Shown here piece by piece: positions 47,633-58,271 of a DNA stretch of 64,000 bases; position 1 is the first letter of the stretch, and the number at the start of each line of letters is the position of its first letter. Under the pieces are notes generated by a model. It ran no database searches and had not been told where the DNA came from. It saw nothing but the letters and a program-made list of their open reading frames with translations. A program made the translations under genes and the position numbers. The stretch lies in the IMG/VR virus record IMGVR_UViG_3300014043_000277. The stretch is one strand, 5' to 3'. Origin of the DNA: a virus (taxonomy: Duplodnaviria; Heunggongvirae; Uroviricota; Caudoviricetes).

Positions 47633-50600
47633 TCATTTGGTGAAACGGCGACGGATAGCCACGCCGACACCAGCGATGATTGCGAACACGCCGGCAGCGA
47701 TACCAGCGCCAGCTGCGGCGGCACCTGTCTTAGCGGTATCACGAGCAGTGGAATCATTCCTGTTCGCATCGGTATTCTTGACATTAGACGAGTTGTTGTT
47801 CGTATTGGAAACCTCATCCTTGTCAAGGAATGAATATGTTACCTTAGCGCCTGACGGAGCGACAAGAGTCACAACAGCGGCATCAGCACCATCTGCCTTT
47901 TCCTGCACCGCGCCGTTCTTGCTGTAAGCAATGGTTGCATTCCATGTTCCATCATCTGGCCATCCGAACACTTTCAGTGTTTCAATGGAACCATCAATGT
48001 CATAGGAAGCGCTCTTGGAAGCGTCGAATCCCTTGACATCAACGTAAGCGGAATCAGGATCGCCAATGTTCTTCTTATACTGAGCCTTGACTTTCTTCAA
48101 TGTTGCAAGTTCATCAGCTGTGAATTCAACATTATTGTTGTTATCATCATTGCCACCATTGTTTTCAGTGGTTTCAGTCCACTTGACATACACGGTGGTG
48201 TCAGCTGTAACCTTAGTCTTGCCGAATTCGAACTCGGTTCCTTTCTGGAAGTCTTCGGTTGTGTAATAACCGGCAACCTTATGTCCAGTCCAGACAGGAG
48301 CGCTAATGAGTCCAATGGTTTCACCGTCCTGAACCTCATATGTCTTGTCCTCAGCACCATTGTTGTTCTTAACGGTAACCTTCCAAACCTTAATTGCAGG
48401 TGTTTCAGCCTCAGCCGTGAATTTCACAGTGGAAGTGGTTTTGCCAACGGTGAATTTCACAGTGGCGACGCCATCCTTGACTTCAACTTCCGGCTTGACT
48501 TCATTGCCATCGGCATCAGTGAATTTCAGAGTGGACAGATCGGTTCCGGCAGGAAGCTTGTATTCAGCCTTGTCAGCGGAAGCATCAAAATCAGCAACCT
48601 CAACTTCCTTGCCGTCCTTGCCGGTGTAGGAAGCCTTGTAGCCTTTCAGGGTGCTCACATCTGATTCCACCACGGTGATGTCAATGCTGCCAGTGACGCC
48701 AGTCGGGGTTTCCCCTTCATCGGTTTCCGCGAGGGTTGCAACGGCATCATCCTTAGATGATACATCAGGTGAATCCTTAGCCGTAGCGTAAATGGTAACC
48801 TTGCCTGCTTTCAGAGTGGTAACAGTGCCATCATCATCAACAGTGGCAATTGACGGATTGGATGAATGCCAGACAACATTCTGATGAGCGCCAGCAGGCT
48901 CAACGGTGGCGTTCAGGCGGAACGCTGAACCAACCTGAATCTTAGAGGCATCGAAACCATCGGGCAGCGAAACTTTCACGGCTGTTGGTGCCGGAGCCTC
49001 ATTCACGACATTGACACGAGCCTGCTTAGTTCCGTCAACGGTTGAAATCGCCGTGATGGTGGTTGAACCTTCCTTAGTTCCCTGAGCGACAACGCCAGTG
49101 GTTGCATCCACTGTAGCCACGTTCGCATCACCGGTAATCCAGTAAACGCTATCAGAAGCATACTTAGGAGAAGCGGCAACGTTCAAATCAATGGTCTTTT
49201 TCCCACCGAGAGTCCATTTCAGATCAGTCACCGGAGTTTTCTTCTCATCAGCTGCATCATATGCAGTCAATGATTCCACAGCGGGACGAACCACTGAAAT
49301 GTAGGACGCGCCGATAACCGGTGCCTTATCACCGCCGACACCATGAGTGCTGGATGCGGTGATGACAACATTTCCGGGTTCGCCGGTGAATTTCACATTG
49401 CCAGCGTCGTCAACAGTGGCAACCTTAGTGTTTGAGGAAGCCCATTTGAGAGCCGGGTTAGCGAATTCAGGGGCGACTGTCGCTTTCAGAGCGAGTCCCT
49501 TTTCGGTTGCATCACCGAGAGTGATTACGCCGTCTTTCAAACCGGATTCGACGGTAACGGATTCCACGGAAGGGCGCTTGACGGTCACCTCAACTGTGGC
49601 CGTCTTAGCGGTTTCGCCCGGAATGGTTGTTGGAGCGGTGATGGTAATGGTAACCTTCTTAGAATCGCCTGCGCCGAGTCCTTCAACATGAGGGGTCAGA
49701 GTGCCATCAGCTGCGACAGTCAGGGTTTTCTCATCAGATGACTTGAAAGTCACATTCTGGTTAGCGGTTTCAACCGGGGCAACCTTAGCTGTAACCCTGT
49801 AAGTGCCTTCCTCACCGAGTGTGATTTCTGACGGAGCGGTCACTGAACCTTCCACGAAACCAGCCGCTGAATGATAGTTGGACACGAAATTCACGGAATC
49901 CGCAACGGTTTCCTTGCCAGTCACATTACCATCCTTGTCAACGGTAGGAGTGCTGTCCTCAGCGGTGAAAGTGACCTTAGCGGAACCGACTGAAACACCC
50001 TTAGCGTAGAACCTATAAGTGTCTTTCTGCCCCTCGACAGGAACCTTAACGATTTTCACGGCATCATTATCGGAAACGACATTAACAAGCTGCTTAGCCG
50101 CTTCGCCGTGCTTACCGGTGACTTTTCCTATGATTTCAGCGCCGTTTCCGTTATTGGCAGGATCGCCAATGAACAGAGTCTGGTTGCCTTCATATGCGGA
50201 AATGTCCACACGGCCTGCATAATCCCATGAATTCAGGGTCTGATCAAGCACAACCTGTGCCTCACCAGTGTTATCAGTTGTATTAGATGCTTTCACGGTG
50301 GTGTTTTTGATGACAACATGCTGATCAACGCCGCCGGTTGAATGCTTGACGGTGAGAGTCCAATGGGTGGTGCCATCGGAATCAGTCTTGCCCTTCTGGA
50401 CATCAAAAGCAGATGGCGCGTCAACCTCATAGTTCACATCGGCATCAGCCGGGACAACTTTCGTGGTGAACTCATACTTGTCGCCAATGTGTGTTTCCTT
50501 GATATTTTCAAGTCCCTTGACTTCGAAATGGTCGGCATACACGGTTTCTGCGTTCACGCTGAAATCAGTGATTCCAGCGACATCCTCTGCTGATGGAGCG

Positions 50601-51136
50601 TTCTCACCTGTTGCGGTGCTGGTTGTTTTATTCACTAAAACACGGACATAACGCGCTTTAACAGCAGTACCGGTCGCTGTCTTCTGGAATTCGCCAGTGG
50701 TGCCTTCAAGTCGTGCGAAATCCGTCCAATGCGAATCAGCACCAGCGTTCTCATCATTTGAATACTGGATGAAACCATCAACTCTTGCGTTTGAATTGAA
50801 GGAAACGCGAACTGATGAAAGATTACGTGAACGACCCAGATCAACCTGTACCCAGTATGAATCCGCTGTTCCTGACTTGTATGATGTTGATGCCGAGCCA
50901 TCGGTAATGTCATTCTTATTGACTTCGCCGGTTGATGCGGTGAACACGCCATCAACTTTTGCGTAATCGCGTGTCGGTGCCGTCGCAGGAACCTTGTTAG
51001 CATCCTCTGATGCTTTCGCGTCCTCAGCGTTCGCGAAAGTGCCGTTCACTGTCGCGACTGCAAGGGTTGCGAATGATGCAGTGGTAAGAACCGCTGCGAT
51101 GCCTTTCTTAAAGGCGGTGTTATTTGCTTCGCTCAT
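47633..51136 (-). CDS. Large cell-surface protein (1167 aa): discoidin/F5-8-like domain, repeated Big_2-type Ig-like domains and a C-terminal membrane anchor
   Basis: The signal peptide is TTASFATLAVATVNGTFA. The sequence TVDDAGNVKFTGEPGNVVITAS is typical of Big_2. The C-terminus reads AKTG, then a hydrophobic segment, then RRRFTK. Its GC content and amino-acid usage differ from the neighbouring ORFans. Confidence 0.55.
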   Translation of the reverse strand: MSEANNTAFKKGIAAVLTTASFATLAVATVNGTFANAEDAKASEDANKVPATAPTRDYAKVDGVFTASTGEVNKNDITDGSASTSYKSGTADSYWVQVDLGRSRNLSSVRVSFNSNARVDGFIQYSNDENAGADSHWTDFARLEGTTGEFQKTATGTAVKARYVRVLVNKTTSTATGENAPSAEDVAGITDFSVNAETVYADHFEVKGLENIKETHIGDKYEFTTKVVPADADVNYEVDAPSAFDVQKGKTDSDGTTHWTLTVKHSTGGVDQHVVIKNTTVKASNTTDNTGEAQVVLDQTLNSWDYAGRVDISAYEGNQTLFIGDPANNGNGAEIIGKVTGKHGEAAKQLVNVVSDNDAVKIVKVPVEGQKDTYRFYAKGVSVGSAKVTFTAEDSTPTVDKDGNVTGKETVADSVNFVSNYHSAAGFVEGSVTAPSEITLGEEGTYRVTAKVAPVETANQNVTFKSSDEKTLTVAADGTLTPHVEGLGAGDSKKVTITITAPTTIPGETAKTATVEVTVKRPSVESVTVESGLKDGVITLGDATEKGLALKATVAPEFANPALKWASSNTKVATVDDAGNVKFTGEPGNVVITASSTHGVGGDKAPVIGASYISVVRPAVESLTAYDAADEKKTPVTDLKWTLGGKKTIDLNVAASPKYASDSVYWITGDANVATVDATTGVVAQGTKEGSTTITAISTVDGTKQARVNVVNEAPAPTAVKVSLPDGFDASKIQVGSAFRLNATVEPAGAHQNVVWHSSNPSIATVDDDGTVTTLKAGKVTIYATAKDSPDVSSKDDAVATLAETDEGETPTGVTGSIDITVVESDVSTLKGYKASYTGKDGKEVEVADFDASADKAEYKLPAGTDLSTLKFTDADGNEVKPEVEVKDGVATVKFTVGKTTSTVKFTAEAETPAIKVWKVTVKNNNGAEDKTYEVQDGETIGLISAPVWTGHKVAGYYTTEDFQKGTEFEFGKTKVTADTTVYVKWTETTENNGGNDDNNNNVEFTADELATLKKVKAQYKKNIGDPDSAYVDVKGFDASKSASYDIDGSIETLKVFGWPDDGTWNATIAYSKNGAVQEKADGADAAVVTLVAPSGAKVTYSFLDKDEVSNTNNNSSNVKNTDANRNDSTARDTAKTGAAAAGAGIAAGVFAIIAGVGVAIRRRFTK

Positions 51137-51281
51137 TCAGATTGTTCCTTTCCGTTTTGAGCATTGTATTGTCCATTATTTATATCAGCAGGATGAACCC
51201 GCCGGGGCTTTTAATTGTCGGTTTCCATAATATCATTCGTGTTAACAATCACGGAAATATCATCAGCCACATTCAATAATA

Positions 51282-51884
51282 TCATGCGGCGTCAGTTTCT
51301 GGAATCATGACATCAATGTTATCATTATCATTCCGGCCAGTTCGCGTGTCGGTTATGCTTTCAATGACATGGGATTCACCGAGAAGATGCGATAGAACTG
51401 GTTTCATTGCGATTTGCACGCCGGTTCCTATTGTTGTAGCGGTCAAGTCATAAATTACATTAACTTCCAATCCTTCATTAATCATGACTGACGCCATTGG
51501 CAGAATGTTCACATCGGTTTCCATTCCGCATAGATACACTATCCTGTCATTAATGTGCTCAATGATTTCATGGATACCAGTGCTTGATGAATGTGAAAGT
51601 TTCGTGGAATGACGACGATTCAATGGCGGAACCAATCGTGATTGATACTGGTTCTTCAATGTTCTTGCACCACCGGCTTTACCATTGCGTTCAACTGGAT
51701 AATTCGCAGTATCGCCGTTTTCCAATTTAAGCATGATTATTTCATCAAACCATTTACCGTAATCCGTGATGAAATCATTAATGGCACCAGGCAGATAATC
51801 AGTGTTTTCATTCAGGAAACCATTCTGTACATCCGCTATTATGAGAACGGCATTATCAGGAATTGGATTCATGCTGTCATTCAT
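51282..51884 (-). CDS. Isochorismatase-family cysteine hydrolase (nicotinamidase PncA-like)
   Basis: The N-terminal AVLIIADVQNGF is the family signature, and CGMETDVNI contains the catalytic Cys. Confidence 0.55.
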   Translation of the reverse strand: MNDSMNPIPDNAVLIIADVQNGFLNENTDYLPGAINDFITDYGKWFDEIIMLKLENGDTANYPVERNGKAGGARTLKNQYQSRLVPPLNRRHSTKLSHSSSTGIHEIIEHINDRIVYLCGMETDVNILPMASVMINEGLEVNVIYDLTATTIGTGVQIAMKPVLSHLLGESHVIESITDTRTGRNDNDNIDVMIPETDAA

Positions 51885-52633
51885 GCATGCACCTCTAGAA
51901 TGTTAATGGTTCCTGCATTAAATTCATCACGCATGAAATCAAAAGCAGTTCCGAGTTCCACGTTCATAATCATTCTGTTATCGCCAGCAGTTCTGATATG
52001 CCAGCAGTCATATGATGATTCATTATTCACGATGATGAAAACAGTTCCCATCTCATTCATCCATGTCAGTGAAACAGAACGCCCCAGTATTCCAATAGCG
52101 GGAATACTGAAACCGGTTAGTTCATCAATGAGTCCTATTGCGCCTTGTACCGCATCCACGTTCACTTTTGTTTTGAATGCATATGAAAGCAGTTCATTAC
52201 GCCATGCAGGCAGATTATCATCCCATTCCCATGACGGTTCATAATCATCCTCACCGTCAACATGGCGTTGAATTGTTCTTCTGGTTATTCTCACTGATTT
52301 AACGGCTTTGTTAACAATTGGTTCATATTTTACGGGTTCCTGTGGTTTTTCCTTATCACCGGTTTCAACTGGTTTGGCTGAATTATCATTGGTTTGTTCA
52401 TATGATTCCTGTTGTTCATCAGACACAGGAATGGTTCCGGTGTTCTCATTGGATGTGTTCATGATTGATTCCGGTTCTGGCGATGATTCCGGTGGAACAT
52501 CATTGTTTTCGACTGGATTGTTTTCCTCCGGTTCATCAAAACTTAGTGTTTGATTATCATCAATAGCACTATTATATTCAGGTTCTTGTTCCTGTTCCGT
52601 GTTGTTTCCGAATAGCTTTTTGAAAATGCTCAT
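51881..52633 (-). CDS. Hypothetical protein with an acidic Pro/Glu-rich N-terminal half
   Basis: 250-aa ORF whose stop overlaps the start of 51282..51884. Confidence 0.35.
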   Translation of the reverse strand: MSIFKKLFGNNTEQEQEPEYNSAIDDNQTLSFDEPEENNPVENNDVPPESSPEPESIMNTSNENTGTIPVSDEQQESYEQTNDNSAKPVETGDKEKPQEPVKYEPIVNKAVKSVRITRRTIQRHVDGEDDYEPSWEWDDNLPAWRNELLSYAFKTKVNVDAVQGAIGLIDELTGFSIPAIGILGRSVSLTWMNEMGTVFIIVNNESSYDCWHIRTAGDNRMIMNVELGTAFDFMRDEFNAGTINILEVHA

Positions 52634-52655
52634 GATTCCAATGTTATCAGATATT

Positions 52656-52689
52656 AAAACGAACCGGAAAATATAATCCGGTTCGTTTT
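52656..52689. terminator. Bidirectional intrinsic terminator
   Basis: aaaacgaaccgg-aaaatataat-ccggttcgtttt. Confidence 0.7.
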
Positions 52690-52713
52690 AACTTTAAAAG
52701 TTTTTATTGTTTA

Positions 52714-54090
52714 TCAAATGCCAAAAGCATTAGTTTTATTCGCTTCATCAGTGTCACGCTTATGTGCGCGTTCCAGATATGGTTCGATTTTCTTCTGCTG
52801 ATCACCGAGAGTCTGAATTGTTTCAGCGAAGGTCTTATTCGCTTCCAACTGGAATGTATCCATTGAATCCATTGTGCGTGCAATGGATTCAAATGCGCGC
52901 TGCAAGGTTTCCGGGCGGACGCCTGATTTCACGGCGCGCTGTTGGATGCGGCTGGAATTCTGTTCAAGCATTTTCGCGTTATTCGCAATGAGATTATTAG
53001 TCGTGTTGTCAATTGCATCCAATGTATCCAACACGAGTTTCTGATTATCCAACGCGGCGGCGACAATGACGGCTGTGCGCAATGCAACCATTGTTGTTGA
53101 TTTAGCACGTTCAACGCCCTTGATGAGCTGTTTGTTGTTCTGCTGTATGACGCTCATGCTCATGTAAGCCTGAATGGTAACAGCGGCTTGTGTTTTCACG
53201 TCCATGCGGCGTTGGCGGACTGCGAACAGCGCATCTTTTTCAAGAGCGTCAGCAAGTTTCATATCCCCGGAATCACGGGCGGACTTAACCTGATTAACAA
53301 CTTCCTTATCAAGTTCTTCCAGTAGAGCATCGGCTTTCTTCAATGTTTCCATGTCTTTCCAGAGCTGTTGCTTCTGCGCGGCAAGTTCGCCATTATCACG
53401 CTGCAATGCATCCTGCCCGGCTGACAGATTATCCATGATTGCTTTCAGTTGGGCATCAGCGGATTCATACTGTTTGAAATAATCATGCACACTTCCGAAA
53501 CCAAGCTTTTTCAGGAAGGACGATTTGAAAGTGTTTGGTTTCGGCGCGATTTTATCAGTGATTTTACGGAGTTCAAGGAGTTCACTGGATACAACGCTTT
53601 TAGCACCGCCTTGCTGCTTATCCGCTTTAACGGACTGGCTCATGAATCGTTCTGTAACATCCGATGTTGAATTGAATGCATCCTGCCCGATTCGTCCGAT
53701 TTCATCCACGGAACGAGCGAAATCATCCGCAGATGGATTCAATGTGGACAGTTGCTTGCTGAAAGCAGTCGCTTTATCATTCAATGAAAGCAAGTCTTTT
53801 GGTTTCAGTTTAATCATTTGATCCAGCTGGTTATCTGATGCGGTTGTGTCCAATGTCGCTGTCGGGTCGGCGGTGTCCACTTGAATGAGCGGTTTCGGAG
53901 CTGAATATACTTTCAATGGTTCTTCTTCCGGTGGAGCCATGAGCACACTCATGTCATCAACGGTTTGAACGTTATTAGTTGTTGAATCGGCCATGTTGTA
54001 ATCCTTCTTGTTAATTTTGACTTCCTCCCCCGCGTTTAAAGCCGAGGGATTCCATGTGAACACTAATAGGACGCCACTCCTGATTCGCAT
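52714..54090 (-). CDS. TelA-like (toxic anion resistance/KlaA family) protein
   Basis: 458 aa, largely predicted coiled-coil. I judge it TelA-like on overall impression only, with no diagnostic motif. Confidence 0.35.
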   Translation of the reverse strand: MRIRSGVLLVFTWNPSALNAGEEVKINKKDYNMADSTTNNVQTVDDMSVLMAPPEEEPLKVYSAPKPLIQVDTADPTATLDTTASDNQLDQMIKLKPKDLLSLNDKATAFSKQLSTLNPSADDFARSVDEIGRIGQDAFNSTSDVTERFMSQSVKADKQQGGAKSVVSSELLELRKITDKIAPKPNTFKSSFLKKLGFGSVHDYFKQYESADAQLKAIMDNLSAGQDALQRDNGELAAQKQQLWKDMETLKKADALLEELDKEVVNQVKSARDSGDMKLADALEKDALFAVRQRRMDVKTQAAVTIQAYMSMSVIQQNNKQLIKGVERAKSTTMVALRTAVIVAAALDNQKLVLDTLDAIDNTTNNLIANNAKMLEQNSSRIQQRAVKSGVRPETLQRAFESIARTMDSMDTFQLEANKTFAETIQTLGDQQKKIEPYLERAHKRDTDEANKTNAFGI

Positions 54091-54663
54091 GACATTACCA
54101 TGATGAAATTAACTCATCATGCAGGTTTCGCTTCAACGCAAACGCCTCAACGCTCATATATAAGTATGGCATATCGGTCTTACAATGCTCCACGAGGGTT
54201 AATCCAACCCTGATTAATCAGAGAACTCACGCTCCTGATAACCATTAACAATGATACCACATGAGATTGCATTATGCAACACTATTATGCTGTGTTCACA
54301 TTATTTTCACAATTTTGCATGCGGTCGCCGCTTAAACTCCATGCTTGAAAGCGGTGGCAAGCGCGGCAAATTTGGTCATTCTTATTGGTTGCGGACAATG
54401 ATAGCACATGTTTCATTGTCCGCAAATATTAGATTTTCAGATTTTCATCCGTCAGATTCAGTTTCTCATGCAGGTATTCACGGGTATGTCGCATCCATTC
54501 GCGCCCCGTTCATCATGTGCTCCGCCATCATGTCAGCTGCTTTTGAAACAGTCTTTTCGTGAAACCAACGACGCTGACGGCAATGAACAGCATGGCTGTG
54601 AGCCATGCGATTATCCTGCCGAATGTTATTTTCCCATGTCAACAATGATATCCCATGAAAACA

Positions 54664-54702
54664 AATACACCAATAATCCGAAAGCGAATTATTGGTGTAT
54701 TT
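54664..54702. terminator. Intrinsic terminator for 54769..55098
   Basis: aaatacaccaataat-ccgaaagcg-aattattggtgtattt forms a 15-bp stem. Confidence 0.6.
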
Positions 54703-54768
54703 AATGTGAACGATAATCATTCATTACATAGTTCATACTATGAAAAATACTGAACTACGTTCTTTCTG

Positions 54769-55098
54769 TTATTCACCGTCAGGTTCCCCTGTCAGATCAT
54801 TATTCGAACCATCACCGTCATAGTCGGTTCCATAATCATCCTCATCGCTATCCGTGAAAATTTCCATGAGCATGTCGGAATCAATGTCCTGCCGTTTCAA
54901 CTCATGCAGGTCTTTTTCATGTCCGATGTTCCTGATGGTCGCTATTGGAATGTTAGCTTCGTCATCAATGCCATCATGATAAGTGTCAATGATGGCATTC
55001 TGATTTGATGATGATTGTGCTTTCAGTTCATGATGAGGTTTCACCGGTTTTCTTGTTTCCGGTTCATAATCATCCATGAATGGATTGTCGCTTGTCAT
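54769..55098 (-). CDS. Hypothetical small acidic protein
   Basis: 109-aa ORF. Confidence 0.3.
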   Translation of the reverse strand: MTSDNPFMDDYEPETRKPVKPHHELKAQSSSNQNAIIDTYHDGIDDEANIPIATIRNIGHEKDLHELKRQDIDSDMLMEIFTDSDEDDYGTDYDGDGSNNDLTGEPDGE

Positions 55099-55157
55099 AT
55101 TTTCAAAATCCTATCAATTATGCTTATTGTTCAAAAAGCATAATATCATGCCGTGTT

Positions 55158-56141
55158 TCAGCGCGTCAATGGATTATGAGGAATGTTGCGTTCCAGTTCA
55201 TCAGGGACTCCATTATGGTTCCTGTCATTGAACGGAACCGGTTTCGCGGTGCGTTGACGGTTAGTGAGTTCATTGGCCTGCAATGATGACATGAGCTGAG
55301 TTGACAATTGATTCATCGAATCCGCCCCGCCTGGAAGGAAAATGGTGCTGTTACCAGCCTGAGTTCCAATGCTTTCAACTGTATTCATATACTGCGTCAA
55401 TAGAAGAAGCTGCATGACTTGATCATTGGAAATGCCCTTAGCCTGCAATTCTGACATGTTAGCGCCGAGTCCTTCAATGATGGCTGAACGCTGGTCAGCA
55501 AGACCCTCACCTTCCAGTTTAGCGGCCTCGGCTTTCGCTTTCGCGGCGGTGACAAGTTTAATCCTGTCCGCTTCCGCGAGTTCCTGAGCGGCTGCACGGT
55601 TACGCTGCGCGGCGTTGATTGCGTTCATTGCATCCATGACGCTCTTATCCGGCGCGATGTTCACGACAAGAGTGCTGGTTATGATGAAACCATATGAAAG
55701 CATGCCCTCAGCGATGCTGCTCTGGACATCATGCGCTATGTCATCCTTCTTTTCAAACGCTTCATCCAATGTGAGTCGCGGGACGGATGAACGGATTGCA
55801 TCCTGAATGTATGATTCAATCTGTTCAATCGGGTTGCTCAAACGATAATATGAATCCTCAATGTGCTGGTTATCCACACGGAACTGGACGGCGATTTCCA
55901 ATGTGCAGAACACATTATCCTTGGTTTTGGTTGTCACTGTGATGTTATGCTGCTGTACACGCAGCGGGACTTTCGTCGCAACACGGTCAATGAACGGGAT
56001 TATCACATGGAAACCCGGCCCGAGCGTCTGTGAATATTTACCGAGTCTCTCCACGATTGCCGCGAAACCGGTTGACACGGTTGTCGCGCCCGCGAAAATC
56101 GTCGCGATGAGAAGCGCCGCGATTATTATTACTATTACCAT
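55158..56141 (-). CDS. SPFH/band-7 (stomatin/prohibitin-like) membrane protein
   Basis: An N-terminal transmembrane segment is followed by an SPFH core (IVERLGKYSQTLGPGFHVIIPFIDRV...). The C-terminus is an Ala/Glu-rich coiled coil. Confidence 0.65.
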   Translation of the reverse strand: MVIVIIIAALLIATIFAGATTVSTGFAAIVERLGKYSQTLGPGFHVIIPFIDRVATKVPLRVQQHNITVTTKTKDNVFCTLEIAVQFRVDNQHIEDSYYRLSNPIEQIESYIQDAIRSSVPRLTLDEAFEKKDDIAHDVQSSIAEGMLSYGFIITSTLVVNIAPDKSVMDAMNAINAAQRNRAAAQELAEADRIKLVTAAKAKAEAAKLEGEGLADQRSAIIEGLGANMSELQAKGISNDQVMQLLLLTQYMNTVESIGTQAGNSTIFLPGGADSMNQLSTQLMSSLQANELTNRQRTAKPVPFNDRNHNGVPDELERNIPHNPLTR

Positions 56142-56168
56142 TTTAGATTTTTTGCCTTTCAGATAGTT

Positions 56169-57530
56169 TTGTTTTCGTGCATGTACTATGATATCATTGC
56201 ATTCATGGCATCAGGAAAACGATTAACGAAAAACCAGCTGAAAGCGCGGACAGTGCATGAATTCAACAGGACTCATATGCTGTCACCACAACCATTGAAT
56301 AATTATGATCTTAAATATTTGAAATATGATTATGATTCAAATGTCCATGCGTTGAATTCATTGGATAAACTGCCGAACATGCTTTCAGTGGAATCAATGG
56401 AATCATTATTCTCATTATATGAACGAATAACTGATGACATTATGAACATGAATATTGTCGCTGCGATGAAATGGACGAAAAAAGCATTCTTGTTGAATTC
56501 ATTGAACGCATTCATCAAGGACATGAGCAAAACGCATGCCGGTATCAGTCGCATTCTGCGTTCCGGCGAACCATTCGGCATGTTCATCGCTTACATGGTT
56601 AATGATAACATCAATGCAAGCATTGACTGCATTGAAAAACATACTAATGACAAACCGGTGGAAGAATCCGCGAGGAGAATCATTGAAATGCTTCTGCCAG
56701 CGACAACTGACAGGTCTGATTTTACGAATGAGAGACTGAACAGGGAAACGCAGCTTGTGAGATTCGTGCCTGCCATTGTTGATGATTATGGTGCGGTGAT
56801 ACGCGAACGTATTATGAGATCATTCAATCCTGCGATTTTCATTGACATGGCTTATGTGAACATTGATGACATTGAACATGATTATCCGTCATTATTCCAT
56901 AATTCATCTCCTTCCATGCGTGATCATAAAACATTGAATGATTATTGCCGTGATTATGCGAGCCTGCAATCGCATGAATTATATGAACGCCGTTTGAATG
57001 AATGCGATGAAATGAATTCAATAATATGGTCCCGCGCAATTGATTTTGATGATTTGATTGAATGCGAGAAAATCCTGAAAGAAGGTGTGAATGATGATAT
57101 TCTAACCGCATTGGAGGATGTGTTGGAATATGACAGGATAGCGTTCCATCGCATTGTCGCCTCGATATCATCCAATGCTGTTCCCTCTGAGGATGATTAC
57201 AATGCAGTCATTGAATCCATGAAAGTGTTCAATGATGGTTGCGCGCCGGGCGTCATGCATTTCACTGTTGATTCCCTTATCATGATGATGTATGGCGCGA
57301 TTACATTCGGCAAATCTGAAATCGCAGGTATTTACGCCGCGTTGATTTCATTCCTGCGTAAATATAAGAAGGATGATAATGCACGTCATATAGGCCAGAT
57401 GATAACATTCAAGAACGGTGATATGAACAGTGATTTCCTATCAACTATTCATGATTTTCCATATGAATTCACAAGGGAACAATTCGGAGTGTTATTATCG
57501 CAATTGAATAATGTTTCAACTGTTGAATAA
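56169..57530 (+). CDS. Hypothetical protein, 453 aa, on the plus strand
   Basis: Long ORF with no recognised domain. Confidence 0.35.
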   Translation: MFSCMYYDIIAFMASGKRLTKNQLKARTVHEFNRTHMLSPQPLNNYDLKYLKYDYDSNVHALNSLDKLPNMLSVESMESLFSLYERITDDIMNMNIVAAMKWTKKAFLLNSLNAFIKDMSKTHAGISRILRSGEPFGMFIAYMVNDNINASIDCIEKHTNDKPVEESARRIIEMLLPATTDRSDFTNERLNRETQLVRFVPAIVDDYGAVIRERIMRSFNPAIFIDMAYVNIDDIEHDYPSLFHNSSPSMRDHKTLNDYCRDYASLQSHELYERRLNECDEMNSIIWSRAIDFDDLIECEKILKEGVNDDILTALEDVLEYDRIAFHRIVASISSNAVPSEDDYNAVIESMKVFNDGCAPGVMHFTVDSLIMMMYGAITFGKSEIAGIYAALISFLRKYKKDDNARHIGQMITFKNGDMNSDFLSTIHDFPYEFTREQFGVLLSQLNNVSTVE

Positions 57531-57792
57531 TGTTGTAATCATGCAGACCTTATGATTTCAGTGATTGACAGTCGATTATCATTTAGCTCATTGACTGGCA
57601 TCCATTGTTCCCCATCAAGCATTATTCCATTGATTGAACGAGACTGCGGTTTCAGGCATTTTATTATGCTGGTTAATGATAATGTTTTCTTATCATATGC
57701 TATGCCAACAGTGCCAATTGGATTATCAATGAGTTAATGAACGGTTTCCCTGTTAAGCAGATTCATTATGCAGATTGTCAATGTTGATGTAT

Positions 57793-58248
57793 TCATTGTT
57801 GATCGCCATTTTGTTCAGATTCCGCAGCTTGTGGTTGCGATTGCTCTTCTGATGGTTGCTGCTCCATTTGTTGTGATTGCGATGTTTTACCCTGTTGATT
57901 GTAAACAATGTAATCAGGTTTCATGTATATGATTGACAGGTACATGAAAAGTCCAATGATTAGAACCATCACACCGACAATCGTGCATTTACGGATGATT
58001 CTTATAATGCGGTTCCTATCCCGTTTTTTGAAAATCGTGCTTTTCATCCATTCATAATTATAATCCTCATTGGTCTTATCAATGAGTTGACTTAAAGGCA
58101 ATGCGTATTCCTCATCATCACGGGCGATATCCATGTATTCATCGAATGTTGATGGTTTCGGATTATCAACAACCATGTTAGCGTCATTATTGTTCCGTTG
58201 TGGTGGTAATGGTGGCATGAAAGGATTATCATTCGCGTAATTAACCAT
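57793..58248 (-). CDS. Hypothetical single-pass membrane protein
   Basis: Transmembrane segment VGVMVLIIGLFMYLSIIYM and a Gln/Glu-rich C-terminus. Confidence 0.35.
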   Translation of the reverse strand: MVNYANDNPFMPPLPPQRNNNDANMVVDNPKPSTFDEYMDIARDDEEYALPLSQLIDKTNEDYNYEWMKSTIFKKRDRNRIIRIIRKCTIVGVMVLIIGLFMYLSIIYMKPDYIVYNQQGKTSQSQQMEQQPSEEQSQPQAAESEQNGDQQ

Positions 58249-58271
58249 GATTGTAAATTCTTATTCTCCTA

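Noticed and set aside
47633-51136. The large surface protein read as a phage tail fibre
   Set aside because: It has a classical signal peptide and a C-terminal membrane or wall anchor with a basic tail. No adjacent tail or baseplate genes exist. It fits better as a host-type adhesin.
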